From assembly GCA_963730605.1 (NCBI GenBank), contig CAVSSM010000007.1:166806-230805 (forward strand): a DNA stretch of 64,000 bases, given 5' to 3'. This document shows positions 10,578 to 19,795 of this stretch, one piece after another. Within the stretch, counting starts at the first letter, position 1. Each line of letters opens with the position of its first letter. Source of the stretch: an uncultured Chlamydiae bacterium (GTDB taxonomy: Bacteria > Chlamydiota > Chlamydiia > Chlamydiales > SM23-39). Under the pieces are notes generated by a model. The model did no database searches and had not been told where the DNA came from. It saw only the letters and a list, made by a program, of their open reading frames with translations. The position numbers and the translations under genes were made by a program.

Positions 10578-12005
10578 ATGGAAGAAGGCTTTAAAGCGAT
10601 ACCAGCCGAGCGCAAAGTCTATTGCAACCGCACGCTGAACCTGAAATCGATTTCTGCTATTGGCTACGACATGGACTATACACTCATTCACTATCGAACT
10701 GAAGTATGGGAATTGCGTACTTATGAGTACCTAAAGCAGCAATTCCTCGCTGATGGATGGCCTATAGAACAGCTCCAGTTTAATCCGAACATTATTTCTC
10801 GAGGGCTTATCATTGATACAGAATATGGCAACCTGATCAAAGCAAACCGATTTGGTTTTATCAAACGGGCCATGCACGGAACAACGCTTATGAATTTTGA
10901 AGAACATCGCACACTGTATTCCAGAACTTTGATTGATTTAGAGGATAAAAGATGGGTTTTTCTCAATACTTTATTTTCCTTGTCGGAAGGGTGTATGTAT
11001 TGTCAGTTAGTCGATCTTTTAGATCGTCGGCTGATTCCTGAGATTTTAGGATATGCTGATTTGTATGAGAAAGTGAGTCGAGTGCTCGATGCCGCCCACA
11101 TGGAGGGTAGGGTCAAAGCTGAGATTATTACGTCTCCTGAAAAATATGTCCTTTTAGACGAAGACATTCCTCTGACTCTCTGGGATCAATATTGTTCGGG
11201 CAGAAAACTGGTTTTGATCACCAATTCGGAGTGGAGCTACATGGTTCCCATGATGACCTATGCTTTTAATCGGTTTCTTCCCTCTGGAATAACATGGAGA
11301 GACCTATTTCAAATCATTATCGTGGGTGCGCGCAAGCCTCATTTTTTTACGACGGATCAGCCGTTTTTTGAGATTGTCAACGAAGAAGGATTACTTAAAC
11401 CACATTTCGGAGGATTAGAAAAAGGTAAGGCGTATCTGGGAGGAGCTGCGCGGGCTTTGGAGAAAAGTCTAAAGCTCTCCGGAGATGAGATTCTCTATAT
11501 TGGGGACCATATGTTCGGGGACGTTCATGTTACAAAAAATGTTTCCCGCTGGCGAACGGCATTGATTCTTCGAGAACTAGAAGATGAAATCCGAGCCATC
11601 GAGGATTTCAAACCGTATCGCCAGCGGTTGGCGAGCCTTATGGAAAAAAAAGAACAGCTAGAAAATAGGTACTGTACCGTCAAGCTGGCATTCCAAAGAA
11701 AGAAAAAATCTTCGGATACTAAAATAATAATAGATGACGATCTTGAAAAAAAGATGCAGGGCATCAGAGCCTCGATAGAAGCTCTGGATAAAGAGATCTC
11801 TCCTTTAGCGCAGATGGATGCCGAATTGAACAATAAGACTTGGGGTCTTTTGCTGCGTGCAGGGAATGATAAAAGCTATCTAGCTTACCAATTAGAGCGG
11901 TACGCAGATGTGTATACGTCAAGGGTTTCTAATTTCATGTGGATCACTCCTTTTGCCTACCTTCGTTCACCTCGAGGAAGCCTGCCTCATGATTCTGGCA
12001 TTTGA
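10578..12005 (+). CDS. HAD-IG family (cN-II-like) 5'-nucleotidase
   Basis: IGYDMDYTL motif I, LITNS, ARKPHFF, LYIGDHMFGDV, ERYADVYTSRVSN. Confidence 0.92.
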   Translation: MEEGFKAIPAERKVYCNRTLNLKSISAIGYDMDYTLIHYRTEVWELRTYEYLKQQFLADGWPIEQLQFNPNIISRGLIIDTEYGNLIKANRFGFIKRAMHGTTLMNFEEHRTLYSRTLIDLEDKRWVFLNTLFSLSEGCMYCQLVDLLDRRLIPEILGYADLYEKVSRVLDAAHMEGRVKAEIITSPEKYVLLDEDIPLTLWDQYCSGRKLVLITNSEWSYMVPMMTYAFNRFLPSGITWRDLFQIIIVGARKPHFFTTDQPFFEIVNEEGLLKPHFGGLEKGKAYLGGAARALEKSLKLSGDEILYIGDHMFGDVHVTKNVSRWRTALILRELEDEIRAIEDFKPYRQRLASLMEKKEQLENRYCTVKLAFQRKKKSSDTKIIIDDDLEKKMQGIRASIEALDKEISPLAQMDAELNNKTWGLLLRAGNDKSYLAYQLERYADVYTSRVSNFMWITPFAYLRSPRGSLPHDSGI

Positions 12006-12014
12006 CTCAATTGG

Positions 12015-12048
12015 ATTCAGGTCAATTGCGGAAAAAATGCGGAAAATT
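12015..12048 (+). repeat. 34-bp direct repeat, copy 1
   Basis: ATTCAGGTCAATTGCGGAAAAAATGCGGAAAATT; one mismatch to 19703-19736. Confidence 0.85.
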
Positions 12049-12917
12049 TAGTTCATTCTTTCTTTCATTTGCTGTTTTCCTCGTTCGATAGCTTGTTTGA
12101 CCTTTTTCTCATTGTCTATCTCTTCTTGGATCACTTGATCGATTAAACCAGCGTTGAGCACTGTTTTGATCCCAAGTCGGGTTGCCTCCCTGCGAACGCA
12201 TTGTTCTTGAGCAGGTGCTAGAAAATGGCTGAACAGAAGAAAAGCAGTGAAGGCGGTTTGGTTATTTGTCGAGAGCCCGTTTTCTGGCAGATGCGCAATT
12301 TTTACAACAGTCTTGAAAGCAGCGATTTTGGACTCAGCCAAATTGTCCCTGAGTTGGAAAAATTGATTCAGCTCTCTTTTTTCTCGATGTAAGTTCTGTT
12401 CGAGCTGTTGTAGATCTCCTTCCAGTTGTCGAATTTGCTCGCGTCGCGGATAGGGGAGGAAGGATCTTCCTTGACCTGCGCTATTTTGCGCATGGAGGGC
12501 ATGTATTTGCATTCGCATTTGCTCAACTTTTTCTTCCAAAGAAGATTTCTTTGTTTCGTCTATTTTCTGTATGCATCGGGAGAGAATCTTAAGAGAAGTG
12601 ATCGGCTCCGGGGCATTTGCACTAAAGGCTGTCTTCGTTTTCTCCTGAAGGATCTGGAGAGCGCCATTTTCCAGGATCAGCTTGGGGGCTTGCTTTAGAA
12701 ATGTATTCGTAAGAATCGCTAGCGTCTCGGATGGATCGGAGTTTTCAATGTTGATCCGTTTGAAACGACGAGCAAATGCTGCATTATTTACATAAATATC
12801 TCGATAATATTCTTCTTCAGTCGTAATCCCAATTACATAGGGAAAATTGGCAGATCCAGGGTCTAGGCATGTCTTTAACTGTTCTCCAAATACCGCATGG
12901 TTTGTTTGACAGGCTAA

Positions 12918-14278
12918 GGGATTGTCTGAAGATAACTCGTACACTCTCATAGGAAATTTTTCAAATTTCCATAGATAAAAATATATATTGATGCTACTCT
13001 TCCTGCCCTCAGAGTAGAGAGCGTGGTTTCTCAGAACATAATCCGAACAAAATATCTTCGAGTCAATCACTCATTGAACGAAAAAAGCCGTCGCTTGTGG
13101 TGTGCCGCTGAAGCGTTAGCACTTGGAAAGGGCGGAGTAACATTGGTGCATGCCGCTACTAAAGTTAGTCGTTCGACAATCTATTTGGGGATCAAAGATA
13201 TCCAACAAAAACGGCGTCGGAAAAAATCCAAGGGACGTATTCGTAAAAAAGGTGGTGGAGCAAAACCCATTTCGAGCAAAATGCCTGGGATATTATCGGT
13301 GCTGGAAACATTGATTGAGGCTTTCACCAAAGGAGATCCCGAGGTTTCCTTGAGGTGGACCAGTAAGAGTTTACGCAAACTATCCGCAGAGCTCAAAAAT
13401 CGGGGATACGAAGTAGGTCGCTCTACGGTGGGCAATTTATTAGAGGAGGCCGGGTACAGTTTGCAGTTGAATAAGAAAGACAAAGAAGGCAAATCCGTGC
13501 CGGACAGAAACGCTCAATTTGAACACATCAATGAGCAGGCGAATGCATTCTTGCAAGAGAAACAGCCTGTGATTTCCGTTGACACCAAGAAAAAAGAATT
13601 GGTTGGGAATTTCAAAAATGGCGGGAGAGAATACCACAAGCGAGGAGAGCCAGTTAAGGTCGATGTTCATGATTTTCCCGACAAAGAAGCGGGGAAAGTG
13701 GCCCCGTATGGGGTATATGATATTGGCAAAAATAAGGGCTGGGTCAGTGTTGGAATTACGAGCGACACTGCTGAATTTGCTGTAAATACGATTCGTAGTT
13801 GGTGGCAAAAAATAGGAAAAAAAGACTATCGAAATGCCTCCAAGTTGATGATAACTGCCGATTGTGGTGGCAGCAATGGCAATAGGGTGAGGCTTTGGAA
13901 GTGGGAACTGCAAAAACTGGCAAATGAATTGGGGTTAGAAATTCATGTATGTCATTTCCCGCCAGCGACAAGTAAATGGAATAAAATCGAACACAAGATG
14001 TTCAGCTATATTTCTCAGAACTGGAGAGGGGTGCCGCTGATCACCCGTGAGGCGATCGTGCAGTTAATCGGTAGCACAAAAACGACCAAAGGGCTAGAAA
14101 TTCAAGCCCAAATCGACTTCAGAGAGTATGAAAAAGGCAGAGAGATTAGCGATGAAGATTTTCGAGAGATTGCGATCACCTTCAATGAATTTCGGGGTGA
14201 CTGGAATTATACCATTTCTCCAATGGTAAGAATCGGTATTTCCCTATGAAAGTGTACGAGTTATCCTCAGACAATCCC
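12918..14278 (+). mobile_element. ISAzo13-family insertion sequence
   Basis: About 40-bp TIRs GGGATTGTCTGARGATAACTCGTACACT...; TAA target duplication. Confidence 0.93.
13023..14249 (+). CDS. ISAzo13-family transposase
   Basis: LNEKSRRLW, ISVDTKKKELVGNFKNGG, ITADCGGSNG, SKWNKIEH. Confidence 0.95.
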   Translation: MVSQNIIRTKYLRVNHSLNEKSRRLWCAAEALALGKGGVTLVHAATKVSRSTIYLGIKDIQQKRRRKKSKGRIRKKGGGAKPISSKMPGILSVLETLIEAFTKGDPEVSLRWTSKSLRKLSAELKNRGYEVGRSTVGNLLEEAGYSLQLNKKDKEGKSVPDRNAQFEHINEQANAFLQEKQPVISVDTKKKELVGNFKNGGREYHKRGEPVKVDVHDFPDKEAGKVAPYGVYDIGKNKGWVSVGITSDTAEFAVNTIRSWWQKIGKKDYRNASKLMITADCGGSNGNRVRLWKWELQKLANELGLEIHVCHFPPATSKWNKIEHKMFSYISQNWRGVPLITREAIVQLIGSTKTTKGLEIQAQIDFREYEKGREISDEDFREIAITFNEFRGDWNYTISPMVRIGISL

Positions 14279-15429
14279 TAAATGGATTTCATCAAAGACA
14301 AGAATGATGTTATTGCGATGACGGCCAATCTCTTCGCTGATTTTAGATAATGCTTTATTTTCGCTTTGGAACATTTCAGAACTTTTGACTAGATCAGCGG
14401 TATTGAAATAAAACACCTGCTTTCCTCTGAGTTCTGGATAATCGCCGCGTTCAATTGCTTGCACAAATGCTTTCATCGTTTCTGTTTTTCCTACTCCCGA
14501 TCGGCCGATGAGTAATGGATGTGTTTTTACTTTTGTACTGGCTAGGAGGGCATGTGCAACCTCATCCAAGGATTTTTTTCTTCCTTGAGAGACAAGTAAT
14601 TCTCCTTGGTTGTATTGCTTGGTCCAATTTATGCCTTTGAAAAGATGAGAGGGGGCTGGCCGGATGTAGGGATAGATTAAGCTGAGACCCGCGATAGAAG
14701 CAAGTGTCCATCCAATGGGAGCGCTTCCTACAACCGTTCCGATGATGGTGACGAGCAATGTGGAGAATTGAAGTAACATCATAATTTGCTGGCTTTTCCA
14801 GCTCGCCTCGAGAGGGCTGTCGGCAGGCTTGAAAAACTCTGCAATACCAAATCCAGAAAGGATGCTTTCGATCATGGAAATCAGTGAATTGAGAGCCGCA
14901 GACAATCTCAAACGAAGAGTTAATGACGGACGCTCATCACCCGCTTGCAATACCTGGAGCGCTTCGGAAAGCATCTCTTTTGCTGTTTGCAATGCATCTA
15001 TATGCAGCGGATGCTCGATTTGAATCGCTTTTTGAAGCTGTTGAAGGGGGATAATTTCCGCCAGTTGTTCCATGGTTTTGATTGGGTTGTCTAAGCAGGC
15101 AATTCTTCGCGTTACTATATCTAAGACTTCTTTTAATTGTTCGTTGGAAAGAGCTGAAATATTTCGCTTCCATTCAGTTTTGTTGTTGAAAACATGACCA
15201 ATGCGAAGGTTGTGCATAATTTTATGTGCAATCGTATGCGTTGTGGAATCGATTGTTTTTTTAATCATAGAATTGCGAAGAAGTAGAGGTTCTTGAGATC
15301 GTGTATTTGAAAAAATGGATCGGCATTGAACGGTAGGCATGATTCTCCAGAAATTGCTATTTATTGTAAAAACATACAATATCTTAAATACAAAATCAAT
15401 TGATAATGTTAAATCCTGAACCAAATGAC

Positions 15430-15939
15430 CTTTGTACTGGACAAAAAATAAATTCATAGCTTGCAACCACCTGGTTCTAAACAAGTAAAACACGGTAGTC
15501 GCCTGAATTTTCTCAGAATCCACCTCCCAAAAATCGCCCTACGGATCAGATTTAGCCCCTCCCTAAAGAGGCTCCTCGCCTTTCTCCCGTGAGTTTTGAC
15601 CTCTATCGCCTGTATCTGATCCTTGATATCCCTCATTCGATATGCCCAGCAGAAAGCGATCGCGAGGACGAACACCATCTTCTCAATCTTGATCGATGAT
15701 GTGTGTGTCCTCCATTCGGAACCCACGGGTCTTCAAACAACCGAACATGGTTCTGACGACGAACAGAGCCTGAATGATTTGCCCTAGACAGGCGAGACGG
15801 CACTTGTGCCAATCGAAAAAAATGGATAAAGTTGCTTGCAACTCGCTGATGTGTTTCATTATACCTCGATGCTTGAAAGACAACGAGATATGATCGGCCT
15901 TCAGCGAGCCATTGTCAGCAACTTATTTTTTGTCCAGTA
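15430..15939 (-). mobile_element. Internally deleted IS4-family element; the tip of its right TIR is displaced to 19491-19495 by an IS630
   Basis: TIR CTYTGTACTGGACAAAAAATAA at both ends; transposase fragments FRMEDTHI and KTHGRKARSLFREGL. Confidence 0.75.
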
Positions 15940-16386
15940 CTACAGCGTTTCATTAATTTTGACATAATTTCTTGATAAAAAATATACTTGACGCCTTGTA
16001 AAATTCGTGGGAGTGCAGGTATGCGAAAGAAGTATAAAGTCAAGTTAACACCTAGTCAGCGCAAGCAATTACTCGAAGTTGTGCATAAAGGAAAGCAGAA
16101 GGCAAAAACAATCACTCATGCTCGAATACTATTGCAGGCAGATTCTGGTGAAGAGGGGCCGGGTTTGAGAGCAAAAGCTATTGCGGCAGGGTTGAATATT
16201 CACGAACGCACTGTACATCGAGTCAGAGAATCTTTCGCAAACGATGGACTGGAAGCTGCTTTGCACCGAAAAAAACATCGCCAATACAAACCAAGAAAAC
16301 TCGATGGTGATCAAGAAGCCCATCTGGTTGCCATATGTTGCGGGGCCCCTCCGGAAGGGCGCAAAGAATGGACCTTGAGATTGTTA

Positions 16387-17503
16387 TACCGCTCGTGATT
16401 CAAAATTTTGATGCGTGAAAATTTCCCTTGACTGCACAATGGCTGCGTGAATTTTTTAACCGACTCAGAACGACAGGAACTCAAACTCCGGCACCGGGGG
16501 GACCGCGATGGGCGGGTGCGTGATCGAATAAAGGCTGTTCTCCTCTATGATGAGGGGTGGGCTCCCAAAGACATTGCCAGGGTTCTGTTGATTTCTGACG
16601 AAGCAGTTCGTCACCATGTTGACGCATACAAAACGTCGAAAAAATTGCGCCCCGAAAGCGGCGGCTCCGAGGAGAAACTATCCCAAACGCAGTCCGAGCA
16701 ACTTGAGGCTCATCTTCAAGAACACACGTACCTTTACGTCAAGGATATCGTCGCATATGTAGAAGTGACTTTCGGTATTGTCTATACCGTCCACGGATTG
16801 AGGGATTGGCTGCGAAGACACGGATTTTCCTACAAAAAACCCGCCGTTGTACCCGGGAAAGCCAACAAAGAGCAGCAACAAAAGTGGCTCGCCGGATACG
16901 AGAAACTCAAGGCAGAACTCCTCGAGGATGAGACTATCTGCTTTATTGACGGCGTTCATCCAACGCACAATGTGCAGCCTGCTTATGGGTGGATCAAAAA
17001 AGGCGTGCGTAAAGAGATCCCAGCAAACACAGGACGTGCCAGGCTCAATCTTTCAGGGAGCATCGATGTCATCACCCACAGTGTGGTAATCCAAGAAGAC
17101 GAGACTTTAAACGCAGAATCGATAATCCGGTTTTTCCAAAAGATCGAAGAATTTTACCCGAGTAAACGAAAGATCCATGTATTTTGCGATAATGCACCGT
17201 ACTATCGGAATAGGGCTGTGAGGCAGTACCTAGAAACGGCAAAAGTTTGTTTGCACTTTTTACCGCCCTATAGCCCCAATCTAAACCCGATAGAACGACT
17301 GTGGAAATGGATGAAGGAGCGGGTAGTTTACAATACTTATTACGAGTACTTTGAAGACTTTAGAGGAGCGATTCTTGGTTTTTTCGCTGTATTGGCGACT
17401 GTGACCGCGGAGTCAACTTTAGGCCGGGATTTAAGAAGCCGGGTTAGGGATAAATTTAGTCCCTTTCAGGCACCTGCTGCCAAGTTTTGAATTTCCTTGG
17501 GTA
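16387..17503 (+). mobile_element. IS630-family element B
   Basis: TA-flanked; ends TACC...ATTCAAAA and TTTTGAAT...GGTA. Confidence 0.88.
16447..17490 (+). CDS. IS630-family transposase (intact)
   Basis: FIDGVHP, CDNAPYY, LPPYSPNLNPIERLW. Confidence 0.93.
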   Translation: MNFLTDSERQELKLRHRGDRDGRVRDRIKAVLLYDEGWAPKDIARVLLISDEAVRHHVDAYKTSKKLRPESGGSEEKLSQTQSEQLEAHLQEHTYLYVKDIVAYVEVTFGIVYTVHGLRDWLRRHGFSYKKPAVVPGKANKEQQQKWLAGYEKLKAELLEDETICFIDGVHPTHNVQPAYGWIKKGVRKEIPANTGRARLNLSGSIDVITHSVVIQEDETLNAESIIRFFQKIEEFYPSKRKIHVFCDNAPYYRNRAVRQYLETAKVCLHFLPPYSPNLNPIERLWKWMKERVVYNTYYEYFEDFRGAILGFFAVLATVTAESTLGRDLRSRVRDKFSPFQAPAAKF

Positions 17504-17526
17504 TAAGCGAAAGACTGGTTCAGCTA

Positions 17527-18722
17527 GTACCTGACCACAAAAGTTTTCATGGGTAGAGCCTCTTCATTTTCACTCGCGCATCTGGGATAGCAAATCCCCA
17601 AAGGATCTTTGCCCGTCTAGCATTTCTATCTGATACATAAGCGGCCACCTCTCTACCGAGAACTTCTTTTGAGCCTATTCGCCTTTTGAGGCACTGACCG
17701 CCAAGAACAGAAATTTCAATCTCTGCCATGTTCAACCAACTTGCATGTTTTGGCGTATGGCGCACCTCTAATTTCTTAATGATCCTCCTGGCTTCTTCGG
17801 GCTCAAACGTCTCGTAGAGATTAGCCAGTCGATGCGTATTCAAATTGTCCATGACAACCCTAATTTTTTCTGCCTCGGGAAAATGTTTGTCCACCAGATC
17901 CTTCATGCACTCGGCAAAATCTTTTTTTGTTCTCTGGTCTGTGACTTTTATTTCCCGCCAGCCTCCCAAGGGCTGTACAAAAACAAAGAGGTTGCTTGTT
18001 CCATTCCTTTCGTACTCATAATCTCGGCGTTTGACTCTCCCTGGCACTGCGGCAATTGGCGCCAACACATCATCTACCAATTGGACTGGTGTTTCATCAA
18101 AACACACAACGGGTTTCTTTTCGTTCAGCGGCTCCTCATATAAATCTAAAACATCTTCCATCCGACAAATATACTCGTAATCCACTTCTGGAACACACCA
18201 ACTCTTTACTTGCCATGGCTTTATTTCGTTTTTTTTAATGTTCTGCGAACCGTTTCGTCCGATATGGAATCTGTCAACTCTAGCGTAATGCAACGATCCG
18301 CAAGTAGCTGCATTGTCCAGCAGGCGCGTCCTTCGGGCGCCTCGCTGCAAGCAAGCGCGATTAAATGGGCTTTAGCCTTTCCAACCATCTTCTCCGGTCT
18401 TCCGGATCGCGCTTTTTCATTGAGTGATTGTTGTAGCCCGTGTTCACAGTAGGCTTTTCTTGTATTGTAAACGCTCACCTCGCTGCACCGTAGCAAAGAG
18501 GCAATCTCTTTATCTGGTTTCTTCTCATCAGCGAATAACAGAGTTTGCGCTCTTCTGATAATCCGCGCGGATGACTTCCCTTTTCTAACAATGTCCTCGA
18601 GTTCGCTGCGCACCTCAACTGTGAGATGAACGGACCATTTTTTGTTCATAGCTGCCTCCAAATGAAAGGCATATATGGAACACTATTCAAACATTTTTTT
18701 AAAAACTTTTGTGGTCAGGTAC
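17527..18722 (-). mobile_element. IS630-family element C, copy 1 (two ORFs, 18221-18661 and 17547-about 18230, joined by an A-run frameshift)
   Basis: TIR GTACCTGACCACAAAAGTTTT; CTAG target; DETP, MDNLNTH, HASWLNMAEIE. Confidence 0.93.
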
Positions 18723-19495
18723 TAGAAGTTATTGATTCTATTTCCAGAAGCACAGTCCATCGCACTTTAAAAAAAATGAACTTAAGCCCTGGCTAAAGAA
18801 AGAATGGTGTATTCCTCCTGAGGAAAACGCTGACTTTGTTTGCCGAATGGAAAATGTGTTAGGCCTCTATAAGTGCCCATACAATCCAGAATATCCAATG
18901 ATTTGCATGGATGAGTCGAGTAAGCAACACGAGGCAGGAAAGCTGGATAACATTCCAGCAAAACGAGGTAAGGTTGAACGCTTTGATACAGGATATGAGC
19001 GCAATGGCGTGAGTAATATTCTGCTGAGTTTTGAGCCACTAACAGGGAAACGATACATTGATGTTTCGGAGAGAAGGACTCGATTGGATTGGGCCAAACA
19101 TATACAGAAACTTGTAGAGGAGCATTATCCCAAGGCAAAAAAGATCCTCTTGGTCTGCGATAATTTAAATATCCATACAGGTGCTGCTCTTTATGAGCTT
19201 CTGCCGCCCAAAGAGGCGAAAAGGATCGTAGACCGTCTGGAATTTCGTTATACGCCGAAACATGGGAGCTGGTTAAACATGGCAGAAATCGAATTAAGCC
19301 ACCTTTCCAGGCAATGTTTAAACCGACGCCTAAGAGACATAGTCGAGGTTAAAAAAGAAGTTGCCTCCTGGCTAGAGGGCAGAAACAAGGATGCGCATGT
19401 TATAGACTGGCGCTTCACAGTTGAGGACGCAAGAATCAAGCTAAAAAAGCTTTACCCCACAATTGGCAAAATTAATGAAACGCTGTAGTACAGAG

Positions 19496-19575
19496 CTAGC
19501 AAGCGGATCCAAGTCTTCTTTCTGCCATTGGCGCAAGACAAGGCGTTCTGTTTTAATAATAGCCTTCGTATCCAT
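19496..19575 (-). pseudogene. N-terminal stub of a RimJ/RimL-type GNAT acetyltransferase, truncated at the IS4 end
   Basis: Translates as MDTKAIIKTERLVLRQWQKEDLDPLA; RBS GAGG upstream. Confidence 0.6.
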
Positions 19576-19702
19576 TTGTATGACAACCTCTTATCTTCTA
19601 GAGCATCGGAAGCCTTCAAACCTAACCGTTATAGCACCCCGCGCGTTTTCCTATGAAGATCATTAAGGTCTTGTTCAGGCAGATTCCAGACAATTCCTTT
19701 GA

Positions 19703-19736
19703 ATTCAGGTCAATTGCGTAAAAAATGCGGAAAATT
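19703..19736 (+). repeat. 34-bp direct repeat, copy 2
   Basis: ATTCAGGTCAATTGCGTAAAAAATGCGGAAAATT. Confidence 0.85.
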
Positions 19737-19795
19737 CTCGCCCAAAAACTTTTTGAAGCCATACAATGTCCTATCGTTTTGTCAGCTAGGGTCTC

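Larger units (their letters stand above)
12048..15340 (-). pseudogene. Membrane-anchored ClpA/ClpB-like single AAA+ domain protein split by ISAzo13
   Basis: Removing the IS rejoins ...VFDEIHL|ACQT... in frame. Walker A GRSGVGKT, Walker B DEIH, IGITTEEEY, AFARRF; hydrophobic hairpin upstream; C-terminal coiled coil. Confidence 0.82.
15940..19488 (+). mobile_element. IS630-family element A (orfA from 16021, orfB about 18770-19488) interrupted by two other IS630s
   Basis: TIR CTACAGCGTTTCATTAATTTTG; TA duplication. Removing the inner elements restores ...LLSERLVQLEVIDSISRSTVHRTLKK. Confidence 0.88.

Noticed and set aside
10216..10594. Overlapping short ORFs
   Set aside because: No recognisable motif or convincing start; coding status cannot be supported
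12918..13070. N-terminus of ORF 12048-13070 as an independent gene
   Set aside because: It reads out of the ISAzo13 end; the real upstream half lies at 14279-15340
15341..15523. N-terminal extension of ORF 14267-15523
   Set aside because: It runs through AT-rich intergenic DNA and the IS4 TIR; ATG 15340 has an RBS
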